Source: Methanotrichaceae archaeon (GTDB lineage: Archaea > Halobacteriota > Methanosarcinia > Methanotrichales > Methanotrichaceae). From it: a stretch of DNA of 64,000 nucleotides. The first letter of the stretch is position 1. Each line of letters begins with the position of its first letter. The notes beneath the pieces are model-generated. The model was not told the DNA's origin, ran no database searches, and worked only from the letters and a program-made list of their open reading frames with translations. Location of the stretch: positions 1-64,000 of the forward strand of contig CAVWIG010000014.1 in assembly GCA_963754945.1 (NCBI GenBank). The letters run 5' to 3'. Position numbers and translations under genes: made by a program. Below are positions 43,001 through 52,750 of the stretch, in pieces.

Positions 43001-43199
43001 AGACCCCAGCCAGCACGATAAAGTCTTCGAGCTGTTCTATAAAGTGGACAAAAAAAGCAAAGGTAGCGGAGCAGGTTTGGCTATTGTCAAGAAGATTATA
43101 GAGGTCCACAGAGGAAGTATCTGGGTAGAGTCTGGATTAGGAAAAGGATGCACAGTATGCTTTACGATACCACATGCCCAAGATATAATTGAACCTTAA
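40062..43199 (+). CDS. Cytoplasmic multi-PAS (about 6) sensor histidine kinase
   Basis: Repeated PAS/PAC units (DITERK); HisKA SHDLRTPL; HATPase N, DNGIG, F and GAGL boxes. Confidence 0.96.
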   Translation: MRGKMAKSEKDKTSLSEDEFSKQFHYEANSDRRFADVVNFLPDPTFVIDKEGIVIAWNRAIEDLTGITAQDILGKGNCEYAVPFYGVKRPVLVDLVFHQDLKLESEYNSLQRDGMNLTGELFLPFFGKNGSYIWAKAAPLYDDSGNIIGAVESLRDITERKEAEEALKESEAKFRLLFERSADAMFLLDGEKFIDCNRAAMDMMKCTTKQELLNLHPSQTAPDRQPDGSLSFEKAEEMMRIAFEKGTHRFEWVRRRTNAEEFPVEVTLTAIPWKGKQILHVVVKDITEQKLAEKALKESENKYRTIFENTCAATVILEEDTIVSLANAEFEKLTGYSKGEIEGKKSWTEFVETEDLEKMIKMHRLRRENQDLSPKSYEFRLTDKRGQIKDILLTVDMIPGTKKSVASLLDISKRKQAEIAYQENLRFLQNLIDAIPNSIFYKDTKGIYQGCNSALEKFLGLSKEDIIGKSVYDLYSIDLADSYNKMDQALFAKPGSKVYESSLHYVDGTMHDVIFNKATYTDANGRLSGLVGIVLDITKRKRAEEALRASHQIIEGIINAIPVRVFWKDRNLVYLGCNAIFAHDAGFADPKDVVGKDDYQMGWRDQAELYRSDDCQVIESGRPKLLIEEPQTTPEGNTIVLLTSKIPLRSSEGKIIGVLGTYMDITERKRTEEALQESEERFKAQYQGSPAPTFTWQKHGADFVLVDFNEAAKAITDGKVTEFVGLKASELYADRPEILRDLLRCHDEREVIKREIRSQNFVPGALVVTTFASVPPDLVLVHLEDISERKRMEKDLNRSRDDLKQRVRARTADLEAKNAEMERFIYTVSHDLRTPLISMSGFLGFLKADAEKGDMKRLDADLRIVSDAVTKMDRLLLETLELSRIGRIISPPENVPFREIVSEALAQSSAKMSSKNVLVTVEEDLPIVQVDRMKLVEVLVNLFENSVKYMGDQPQPEIAIGKRLDGENTVFFVRDNGIGIDPSQHDKVFELFYKVDKKSKGSGAGLAIVKKIIEVHRGSIWVESGLGKGCTVCFTIPHAQDIIEP

Positions 43200-43956
43200 A
43201 CAATGGCAACAAAAATTGTGTGGTGTGAACATGAAATCCAAGGAGCAATAAATGGGTTCTTCCATAGATGCCAAATCGTTCATCTCGTACAGGAATGCCA
43301 AGGTACTGGCAAGCCTCTTTGTGCTAATTAGTTTGACGATAACAATTTTATTTAGAGAGAATCTAGCAGTTCGCACCTATTTTGGCGATGTATCTGTTAC
43401 GGTGGCGAGCTGCTTCGGGGCAGCTGGAATGGTCTATGCTCTGTTAAACGCTGGCGAACAAGAGAAGAATGTTCGAATCGCATTGATTTTGATGGTATCA
43501 GGGCTAATTTTCGACGTTCTTGCGGAGGTTGTCTGGACAACCTTCGAAATTGTGCTTCACCAGCAACCGTTCCCTTCTTTGGCAGACGGATTCTATCTTA
43601 TGTACTACCCTCTGTTCGCGTTGGGGATAATGTTCTTGCCTGCTGATCGGTTATCCGCCCGAGAACGAAATAAAATTATAATAGATATTGTTATAATAAT
43701 GATGGCTGCCGTTCTGATATTCTGGGATTTCATAATCGAGCCCATCTTAGCAAACGGCGGCGAGAGCTTGCTGGCCCTAGCGTTGTCCATAGCCTATCCG
43801 ACCCTGGATATAGTGCTTCTGTTTGCTCTTTTAGAATTGCTGTATCGGCGGTGGAACTCCCTGCACATGGGGCCGATGTTGTTCTTGTTAACTGCAATCG
43901 TTGCTTCCATAGTTTCTGACATCTATTTTAGCATGCAGAGCAGTGCAGAAACATAT

Positions 43957-45241
43957 GAGAGTTTCGAAAAACTAATCAATCGAAATACTTATATACTATT
44001 AATACTATAATATAATGCATGAGGACTCTCATTGATTTTGCCATTCGAGCAGAATATGCTCGAGTAAAAGCCCTCGGAGATGATCTATCCGAGATCGGAT
44101 CGTTGATCAATTGGGAGCGTTTCAGATTTTTGGAACCATTGATATACAAAAATAAAACTAGCCGCGGAGGTCGTCCGAACATTGACATCGTGATTATGGT
44201 GAAAGCTCTCGTAATTCAGCATTGGTTTGGTCTAACAGATCCAGAACTGGAGCGACAGGTTGCGGATAGGATCTCTTTTCGTATTTTCCTTGGCACCACT
44301 GAAGTAATTCCTGATTTCAGCACAGTTTGGCTATTCCGTGAACGTTTGATTAAGTGCGACGTATACGATGATCTTTGGAATGAGCTTCAAAGGCAGCTCG
44401 ATGAGATGGGGTTTACTGTAAAGAATGGCACTATCCAGGATGCAACCTTCATAACTTCGGACCCAGGTCGGAAGAGGAACAAGAAAGACGAGCAAGGCGG
44501 GGACAAAAAGGAAGGTCAAGATTCCGAAGCCACCAGTACGAGCCTGAATCAGGAGTTTGATAAAGAGCTAATTGGTATTTCAAATAATATTATTGATGAC
44601 AAGGCCAAACCACAGAGACTCGAAGAAGAGCCAATAAATGAGGGAAGTTGGGCAAAAAAGGGTGTCAAATCCTTTTTCGGATATAAAGGTCATATCTCAA
44701 TCGATACCAATTACCACCTTATCAGATATTTTGAGACTACAACTGCTTCTGTACACGATAGTCAGGTAGATCTTGGAATTGAAGGGCTACCACGTTACGC
44801 CGATAAGGGATATGATGGTGCAAAAACTCGAGGATATGATGCAGCCATGAAAAAAGCTACAAGAGGTCACAAGCTTGGAATCATAGATCTTCTGAGGAAT
44901 AAGAGAATCAGTAAAACGCGATCGCACATCGAAAGATGCTTCGCTGTTATGAAGCGGGGGCATAAGGGAGCACATGTTTATGTAACAACTGTCGCAAGAG
45001 CTGGAGTAAAATTCATGATGAATTCGGTCGTTTACAACCTGGAACAGTTGAAATATTTAGTGCATAAACAAACAGCCTAGCGGAAGCTCTCTAAAAAAGC
45101 GCAAAAATTAGAAACAACAAGGTAAATTGAAATCTAATAAGCCAATTTAGGGGTGAAATATGCTAAAAAACCACTATAAAGATTGAAAATATTAACGCAA
45201 GAATTTAAGGCTTCATTAACCAACACTAAATCGAAACCCTC
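43957..45241 (+). mobile_element. IS5-family insertion sequence
   Basis: IRs GAGAGTTTCGA / TCGAAACCCTC; 4-bp TSD ATAT at 43953-43956 and 45242-45245. Confidence 0.95.
44019..45080 (+). CDS. IS5-family transposase
   Basis: GRPNID, PDFSTVWLFRE, IQDATF, GYKGH, YADKGY, RSHIERCF. Confidence 0.94.
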   Translation: MRTLIDFAIRAEYARVKALGDDLSEIGSLINWERFRFLEPLIYKNKTSRGGRPNIDIVIMVKALVIQHWFGLTDPELERQVADRISFRIFLGTTEVIPDFSTVWLFRERLIKCDVYDDLWNELQRQLDEMGFTVKNGTIQDATFITSDPGRKRNKKDEQGGDKKEGQDSEATSTSLNQEFDKELIGISNNIIDDKAKPQRLEEEPINEGSWAKKGVKSFFGYKGHISIDTNYHLIRYFETTTASVHDSQVDLGIEGLPRYADKGYDGAKTRGYDAAMKKATRGHKLGIIDLLRNKRISKTRSHIERCFAVMKRGHKGAHVYVTTVARAGVKFMMNSVVYNLEQLKYLVHKQTA

Positions 45242-47568
45242 ATATGTATCCGGCGGCCTAGTCGATCTGGGATACGTGTTGAGCTACTCTTTTTTCGGAC
45301 TAGCAGGGGTATCTCAGGCCGAAAAATGGGGACTTCCTCTGACGAGGACTTCTATAAGGACTAGGTACGATCAATCGGCCTGGACTCGATATCTGCCGTA
45401 CTTTGGATTAAGTGCTGCCTATCTGCTCCTAATCTGGAATCAGGCCCACCTATTACCCTTTGATTTATCTATTACTACTTGGGGGGTCGGGGGAATCATT
45501 GGGCTCGTCCTCGTTCGTCAGATCATGGCTTTGAATGAGAACAATAGCCTGTACATAGAAGCCAAGATAGAGAATGAGGAACGAAAAGCTGCGGAAGAAG
45601 CTCTAAGTGTATCAGAGGACAAATACAAGGCCATCTTTGAGAATACAGGTACTGCCATGCTCATTGTCGAAGAAGACACCACAATCTCGCTTGCAAACAA
45701 AGAGTTCGAAAAACTGACCGGTTATACCAAGAACGAAGCAGAGGGCAAGAAGAGCTGGACAGAGTTAGTCATGAAGGATGACTTGGATAGAATGATAAGC
45801 CAGCACCGTCTAAGAAGGCAAAATCCTGAGGGCGCCCTCAAAACCTATGAGTTCCGGTTAATGACTAAAAGCGGTCCGATCAGGGATATTCTATTGACCG
45901 TCGACATGATTTCCGGAACAGGAAAAAGCGTTGCGTCTCTAATGGATATCAGCGAGCGAAAGAGCGCAGAAAAGCGTCTTACATCTCTACTTCGTTTCCA
46001 CAATGAGATGCTGGACACCGCAGCCATCTGGATCGACATGTTCGATGCCAAAGGTTGCACCACTTTCTGGAATCTAGCAGCTGAGCGTATCTCTGGCTAC
46101 TCTAGAGACGAGGTACTGGGCCATGCAAGAATATGGGAGTGGCTATATCCCGATCCAGAGTACCGATCTAGGATGATCGACGCTGTGAAGAGCATGCTGA
46201 TAAGAAATGAACGCCTGGAAAACTATGAGACAGTGATCAGGCGCAAAGACGGCGAGGAGAGGATTATTCGCTGGCACTCCAACAATTTCGTTGACAAAGA
46301 AGGAAAGATCTTAGGTGGTATCGGCATCGGAGACGACATCACCGAGCGCAAAAGGTCAAGTGAAGCGCTAAAAGACTCCGAGCGGCGTCTGTCGGACATC
46401 ATCGACTTTTTGCCCGATGCCACCTTTGTCATAGACAGAGATGGCAAAGTAATATCGTGGAACCGTGCCATTGAAGCCATGACTGGAGTCGAGGCAAAAG
46501 ACGTTCTGGGAAAAGGCGACTATGATTATGCTGTGCCCTTCTACGGTATAAGGAAGCCCATCCTAATCGATCTGGTGCTCAAATCTGATGAAGAGATTGA
46601 AAGAAACTACTTTAACATGGAAAGAAAAGGCGGAATCCTGGAAGGAGAAGCATACATGCCGAACCTGAAGGGTGGTGAAACCTATCTTTTCGGAACTGCT
46701 ACTGCTCTATGTGACTTCAGGGGCAATATTGTAGGAGCTATTGAATCGATACGCGACATCACCGAACGCAGGCAAGCAGAGGAGGCGCTGCGCAAAGCGC
46801 ATGATGAACTGGAACGCAGAGTTAAAGAGAGGACTGCTGAGCTGGAGTCCAGGAACGCGGAGATGGAGAGGTTCGTTTACACTGTTTCCCACGAACTGAG
46901 GTCCCCCCTCATCTCAGTTGGCGGAGTTTTGGGTTTTCTGAAAAAAGATCTAGAGATCGGGGATACAGAGGTGGTCGGTAACGACTTGAGGTTGATCGGA
47001 GGTGCCGTCACCAGGATGGACAAGCTACTAGGCGAGACACTGGAGCTGTCCAGGATCGGTCGGGTTGCGAACCCGACAGAGAACGTACCCTTCGGCGAGA
47101 TCGTCAGCGAAGCCCTAGACCAGGCAGCAGAGCGGATTCGTTCGAATAATGTCGAGATCTCCGTTGGCGAGGATTGGCCTGTGGTTTATGCAGACAGGAT
47201 GAGGCTTGTCGAGGTCCTGGTCCATCTAATCGAAAACAGTGCAAAATATATGGGCAACCAACCTCGGCCACGAATAGAGATAGGCTACAAGCTTGACGGA
47301 TCACTTCCAGTTTTCTTTGTCCGAGACAACGGTATCGGAATAGATCCCAGCCAGCACGATAAGGTCTTCGAGCTGTTCTATAAGGTAGGCGGGACGACCG
47401 AAGGAACAGGAGCAGGTCTAGCCATTGTCAAGAGGATCATCGAGGTTCACGGCGGACGGATCTGGATAGAATCTGGCTTAGGAAAAGGGTGCACTATATG
47501 CTTTACACTGCCCCTGGCATAAATCCTGTTCTAATCGGTGAGAGCTGATTGATTGATTTCATAATTCG

Positions 47569-48330
47569 CTACTCCTGACTTTCAGTAGCCCCCAAAGCAG
47601 GCCTCTCACTCTGCAGCACATTCAGGCTTTCCAAAACAGCCGTTTCAGACTTGTTCTCCAACACTGCACTAATTCCTCTGGTTCTGATCATTTCAAGGAT
47701 TGGCTCGAATTCTATATTCCCCTGGCCCAGCGGCATATGATCATCGCTGCAACCTGCATTATCGTGAAGGTGAACGTGCTGTACGTCCTGCTCGGCCAGG
47801 AATTCATCCAGCGAGCCGCAGGTGTTGGCATGGCCCACGTCCAAGACTGTTCCAAGGCCCCTGAGGTCCAAGCCCGGATGGGTATAGAATAGCCAATCGC
47901 TCTTGGGCATGTTCTCCACGCAGATCGAAATCCCAAACTCATCCTGCATCAGCCGTAGCTCCTCCAGAGATTTATCAAGAGATTGTAGGGCTTGATCTCT
48001 GTAAAAGGGCCAGCTTGTAAAGCCTGGATGAACGACATAGACGCTAGCCCCCGCGACAGCGCTCGCCTCAACAGCCTTACGGTGGAGCTCGACTGAGGCG
48101 GACCTGATGGTATCGTGTATGCTGGCTATGTTGACGTCGGTTATCAATCCATGGACTGTGTATTTCAGGCTGAAAGAATCCAGAGCCTTCAGATTAGATG
48201 GATCAAGAAGACTGTGCTGCGCTTCGCAAAGGATCTCGGCGTTGTCTGAGAGCGAGACAATCCGCTCCAGAGCATCGCTGAGGGATAGATCCTGATAAGC
48301 CCATGTGGAAATTCCGATTTTTGTGGTCAT
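47569..48330 (-). CDS. Sugar phosphate isomerase/epimerase (AP endonuclease 2 TIM-barrel) family protein
   Basis: VVHPG, VENMP, LDVGHA, HVHLHDN..DDH.PLG.G. Confidence 0.9.
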   Translation of the reverse strand: MTTKIGISTWAYQDLSLSDALERIVSLSDNAEILCEAQHSLLDPSNLKALDSFSLKYTVHGLITDVNIASIHDTIRSASVELHRKAVEASAVAGASVYVVHPGFTSWPFYRDQALQSLDKSLEELRLMQDEFGISICVENMPKSDWLFYTHPGLDLRGLGTVLDVGHANTCGSLDEFLAEQDVQHVHLHDNAGCSDDHMPLGQGNIEFEPILEMIRTRGISAVLENKSETAVLESLNVLQSERPALGATESQE

Positions 48331-48454
48331 TTTTTCTTCGAACTTTCTAAATCAAAGATCTAATTAAATCCTGCGTGCTCTAATTTATCTCGAAGCTCTT
48401 TCCCTCGCGTCAACCTTAATAAAGAAGGCTGCAAAGGGCGAAGCGTGGTATAAT

Positions 48455-49705
48455 ATGTCATGCGAGATCGAAAGAATTCACGCCCGCGAGATCCTGGACT
48501 CGCGAGGAAACCCAACAGTAGAGGTTGATGTCTGGACTTGCTGCGGCTTCGGACGGGCGGCGGTACCGTCGGGCGCGTCCACAGGAACCCACGAGGCCCT
48601 GGAACTCCGCGACGGAGGCGAGAGGTACGGCGGAAAGGGCGTCCAAAAGGCTGTGAAGAACGTCAACGAAGTCATCGCCCAGGAGGTCCTCGGAATGGAT
48701 GCCTCAGCACAGCGAGAGCTTGACGATATGATGATCGAGCTGGACGGCACGCCAAACAAGGCAAACCTTGGAGCCAACGCCATCCTCGGTGTCTCTCTAG
48801 GCGCGGCCAAGGCTGCAGCTTCATCGATGGGCATGCCGCTGTACAGGTACTTGGGAGGCGTGAACACGTGCCGCCTGCCCGTCCCGTCCTTCAACGTCCT
48901 GAACGGCGGCCAGCACGCCGGGAACGAGCTGTCCATCCAGGAGTTCATGATCCAGCCGGTCGGCGCTGATAGCTTCAGCGAAGGGTTGCGTATGGCAGCG
49001 GAGACCTACCACGCCCTGGGTAAGATCCTGCAGGGAAAGTACGGAGTCGGCGCCACGAATGTGGGCTTCGAAGGAGGATACGCACCGCCCCTTACCAAGA
49101 CAAGGGACGCCCTGGATGCAATCATGGCTGCTCTGGATGTCACGGGCTATGTCGAAGAGATCAGGATCGGCCTGGACTCTGCAGCCTCAAGCTTCTACCT
49201 GGACGGCGGCTACTCTGTGGACGGAAACAGGCTGACGCCTGGAGAGCTTATCGATTACTATGTGGATCTGGTTCACACCTATCCCATTATACTTCTGGAG
49301 GACCCCTTCGAGGAGGAGGCCTTCGAGGACTTTGCCAAGCTCACAGCCAAGATTCCCCAGACGATAATTGTCGGAGACGATCTCTACGTCACCAACATAA
49401 AACGCCTGGAGAAGGGCATCAAGATGTGTGCCACCAACGCCCTGCTGCTCAAGCTCAATCAGATAGGTTCAGTCTCTGAGGCCTTTGATGCAGCCCAGAT
49501 GACATTCCGCAACGGATGGAAGGTCATGGCTTCCCACCGCTCGGCAGAGACGGAGGACTCGGCCCTTGCTGACGTTTCTGTGGCTCTTGGCACAGAGCTG
49601 CTCAAGACAGGAGCGCCAGCCCGTTCGGAGAGGACGGCCAAGTACAACCAGCTCCTGAGGATACAGGAAGAGCTGGGAGACGCTGCGGCCTACGCTAAGA
49701 TTTAG
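48455..49705 (+). CDS. eno: Enolase
   Basis: DSRGNPTVE, PSGASTG, SHRSAET, RSERTAKYNQLLRI. Confidence 0.98.
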   Translation: MSCEIERIHAREILDSRGNPTVEVDVWTCCGFGRAAVPSGASTGTHEALELRDGGERYGGKGVQKAVKNVNEVIAQEVLGMDASAQRELDDMMIELDGTPNKANLGANAILGVSLGAAKAAASSMGMPLYRYLGGVNTCRLPVPSFNVLNGGQHAGNELSIQEFMIQPVGADSFSEGLRMAAETYHALGKILQGKYGVGATNVGFEGGYAPPLTKTRDALDAIMAALDVTGYVEEIRIGLDSAASSFYLDGGYSVDGNRLTPGELIDYYVDLVHTYPIILLEDPFEEEAFEDFAKLTAKIPQTIIVGDDLYVTNIKRLEKGIKMCATNALLLKLNQIGSVSEAFDAAQMTFRNGWKVMASHRSAETEDSALADVSVALGTELLKTGAPARSERTAKYNQLLRIQEELGDAAAYAKI

Positions 49706-49773
49706 GCTAAGCTATTGCGCTATATTTGCCCTTGGCGCGATTTCGCCTGAGGGCGATTTTTATTCTTTCTTAT

Positions 49774-50237
49774 TCAGCGCTCGAACCTTAGTGGAGCTTG
49801 GTCGGGTGCCTGTCTGTGCTCTGTGCTCATCTCGAACTTCACTCCTAAGGGACCACGCTGATCCTTTCGATGCTCTTGTGCAAGAGGACAAAGAGCATGG
49901 CCTTGATTAAGAAACTGAACAAGGCTGAAAAATTAGTCTCCTGCAATTTTGAAATCACAAATATGTAGATTATAAATAATAATAGCAATAGGAGAAAAAC
50001 AAAAATGTATATCTGTTCCCGGGTTATCTCCGAAGGTTGATCTATTTTGCTGAGAGCACGAAGGTTTCTAATTGCCTTGACGTTCTTTATATCCAGCCTT
50101 ATAGCTGCTGAAATCTCATCCCTGGCGCTATCGTAGAGCTTCTTCTGTGTGTACACACAGCCCAGGTTGATGTGAATCTCAGATTTGACAGAGTCGTTCG
50201 CATCCAGTGGTCTCATGTGGTAGGGCTGGCTATTCAT
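49774..50237 (-). pseudogene. C-terminal remnant of a TPR membrane protein
   Basis: One TPR (IHINLGCVY...SARDEISAAIRL) and two TM segments; a frameshift near 49850 continues as GPLGVKFEMSTEH...; no intact N-terminus. Confidence 0.6.
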
Positions 50238-50497
50238 TCAGATGCCCTCCGGACGGAATATCCTTAGGCTACCATCCTCCAATATCTGGAAGTGCAGATC
50301 ATCGCTCTTTTTAACTCCGAATGCAGCGCAGCTAATATGTTGAATTCTGCGCCATCCTATAGTTGTGGCTTGCATGAGATCATATTGTCAGGTATTAATA
50401 TTTATTACGCCATTAAAGTTGTCCTTTTTTGAAAACCGGACAACTTGAAGGCAGCCTGACAAAAACTATTTTAATGATTGAATTAGTATAGACTTTA

Positions 50498-51358
50498 ATG
50501 GATGTCAGTGGACCCTTATCACACAATGTTCTTCAACTTCTAGCTGATGGCATAAAATATACTGAAATAGGTTTGATTGAAAAAGATATAACATGGCAAC
50601 AAAGAAATGTTGCTTTTTTTCTCTCATCTGCTATTGAGAACTTTAATAAACACAAGGAAGAATATTTGATAGAACATGTCGCCTCTTTTCATGGAAAAAT
50701 CAAACCCATCGATCCAGGTAATTTATCAAAAACCGTCAAGAACCTATGGGGATTAAGATTTATTTGCCATAAATTAGTCATTAAAAAGGGAAAAGAATAT
50801 CACTTATATTATCTTCAATGGCCAGATTCATATTATATTATCCTTAATTACGCTAAACACCTTGAGAAAAGGTACGCTCGTGAGATGGATGGATTAAACC
50901 TTGCAGATCCGAAACAATTAAAGACGTATAAGAATATCGATAAAAAACGCGATTTATGCAGACAAACAGTAGCTATATTTAATTTCTGGATAGAAGAGTT
51001 TGAAAGAAAACAGAAAATGGAACTGGAAGCGGCCTTCTTAAACGAGCACTATCCTATTGCTGAGCCCTGGTCGCCTGACTTGTCGAAATTCAAGAAACTG
51101 GTCACTTCAATCAAGCCGCTTTGCAAGATTCCGGACAAAAATAGTGGTCCTGAGGACGCATTTGCAGATGTGATAGTATATCGGTTACGACCTGGGCTGT
51201 TGGAAGCCCATTTTAAATGGCTAGAGGAGAATCCGCTTCCTGCCACATGTGATGATCGAAGAATTCGATATGACGGCTACTCTTATTGGTATCACCTATC
51301 TGATGCACCGTTTCAGCCTTCCCAAAAAGGCCATTTTGAAGCAGATGGAATGAAGTAG
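50498..51358 (+). CDS. Hypothetical protein with a winged-helix-like segment
   Basis: AT-rich 286-aa ORF; IDPGNLSKTVKNL...KKGKEYHLYYL resembles a MarR-type recognition helix and wing. Confidence 0.65.
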   Translation: MDVSGPLSHNVLQLLADGIKYTEIGLIEKDITWQQRNVAFFLSSAIENFNKHKEEYLIEHVASFHGKIKPIDPGNLSKTVKNLWGLRFICHKLVIKKGKEYHLYYLQWPDSYYIILNYAKHLEKRYAREMDGLNLADPKQLKTYKNIDKKRDLCRQTVAIFNFWIEEFERKQKMELEAAFLNEHYPIAEPWSPDLSKFKKLVTSIKPLCKIPDKNSGPEDAFADVIVYRLRPGLLEAHFKWLEENPLPATCDDRRIRYDGYSYWYHLSDAPFQPSQKGHFEADGMK

Positions 51359-51529
51359 AAATGGGATCGCTCAGCTACCTAGCTGCGATATATGCGCCAG
51401 ATAGCTCCCTCAGCTCTCTCTTGTCGATATAGTTGAGAATCGATAGCCTCATCTCGCGCTTCTGCCCTCAAGCTTTAGGGGTATGATGCCCAGCTTACAT
51501 CATGCTTTGATGGCTTTTTAGGCACGCTT

Positions 51530-51856
51530 TCAATATTGCATATATGTAGTTTCGCCTGGGGTTCCATCAAGTTTATGTACCGGCTTAAAGTGGTCGAAGG
51601 TCGATATGTCTGGGACAGTATTGTTATTTGAGATCATCTTTGGAAGCCACATCTTTGATGCATTGCCGCTGAAAGTTTGATTCAAGTGGTCGTTGAATTG
51701 CTGTATAGCAATATTGTACTGACCTACATCATTGACTAGCTGCCCTAGCTTCAGGCCTTCTTTCACGCCATCGATATATGCCTGCTCTACAGGAGACAGA
51801 GCCATGCTTGGCGCAACGAGCACAAGCAGTACTGTCAAAACTATAACTGATCTCAT
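51530..51856 (-). CDS. Small secreted hypothetical protein
   Basis: Signal peptide MRSVIVLTVLLVLVAPSMA. Confidence 0.75.
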   Translation of the reverse strand: MRSVIVLTVLLVLVAPSMALSPVEQAYIDGVKEGLKLGQLVNDVGQYNIAIQQFNDHLNQTFSGNASKMWLPKMISNNNTVPDISTFDHFKPVHKLDGTPGETTYMQY

Positions 51857-51959
51857 TCTAACGATGAATGGTTTTAGTTGATTTAAGCTTTCTTGAGTAA
51901 CGGGAATTATCAGACCACCATAGCAAAAAGGGAGAGAAAAATAGATGTTAATTGAGCTC

Positions 51960-52349
51960 TCAAGTTTGGGGCCCGTTCAGCCACATGTTGGACCAATAAT
52001 ACCAGTTATCTGCGCTTTGAGAGTTTTGGTAAATATTGTTCCACTTTTGAATTGCTTTATAAGTATTTGCCAGCTCCAGTGCAGCTTGCGGATCCGTGAG
52101 CGCATAGGGATTTTGAAGTGCTGTATATGGATTTCCGCCTAGCGACGTAACCTGATAGATGTTCTTCTCGGACGTATTCTGAATCACCTTAAACAGTCCT
52201 TCACGCTCTTGTGCAGTTTGAGGGGCCTTGCCATAGTTAGAGTTAAAGTAACTCTGATCAGCAGCACCATTTCCTAGCATCATCGCTGTTAGGAAGACTG
52301 CAATGCAGAGGCCGGCGGAAAGGAATCCCGATATCTCCTTACCTTTCAT
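51960..52349 (-). CDS. Small secreted hypothetical protein
   Basis: Signal peptide, GGTGA SD; Trp/Tyr-rich C-terminus. Confidence 0.72.
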   Translation of the reverse strand: MKGKEISGFLSAGLCIAVFLTAMMLGNGAADQSYFNSNYGKAPQTAQEREGLFKVIQNTSEKNIYQVTSLGGNPYTALQNPYALTDPQAALELANTYKAIQKWNNIYQNSQSADNWYYWSNMWLNGPQT

Positions 52350-52750
52350 TTCTTATCACCAAGTATCTAATCTCCACGATTAGTTTCCATCTTATTACCT
52401 TGCACTAATAACACGCTTTGAGAGATATATGAAGGTAAACATCATATGAGATCTCTAAGAGTCCCATGTAGAGTCTTCAATGTACATTTTATGACTTAAA
52501 TAAACAGGTTGAAACATCTTAAGGCCCAGATCAGCGGATTTATTATGCCCGGTCAATGGAAGGATGAAAGAGAGACGTCTCTAGTCTCATGGCTGCGATC
52601 TCTCGGCCCGATCTCTCTGCCTGGAGCAAGATTCTTCATTATCTTCAAATTATCCAAAACCTTTATAAGATAACGATCGTTACATAATTCACAATCGTGA
52701 ATTGTCCTTTCAGCATAGCGGTCGCTGAAATTTGCAGAGTATTGCAGAAA

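Larger units (their letters stand above)
43252..47522 (+). pseudogene. Membrane-anchored PAS histidine kinase interrupted by IS5 (43252-43956 plus 45246-47522)
   Basis: Removing the IS and one TSD restores ...SSAETY|VSGGLVDLGY in frame (about 993 aa); multi-TM N-terminus, 3 PAS, SHELRSPL. Confidence 0.93.
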
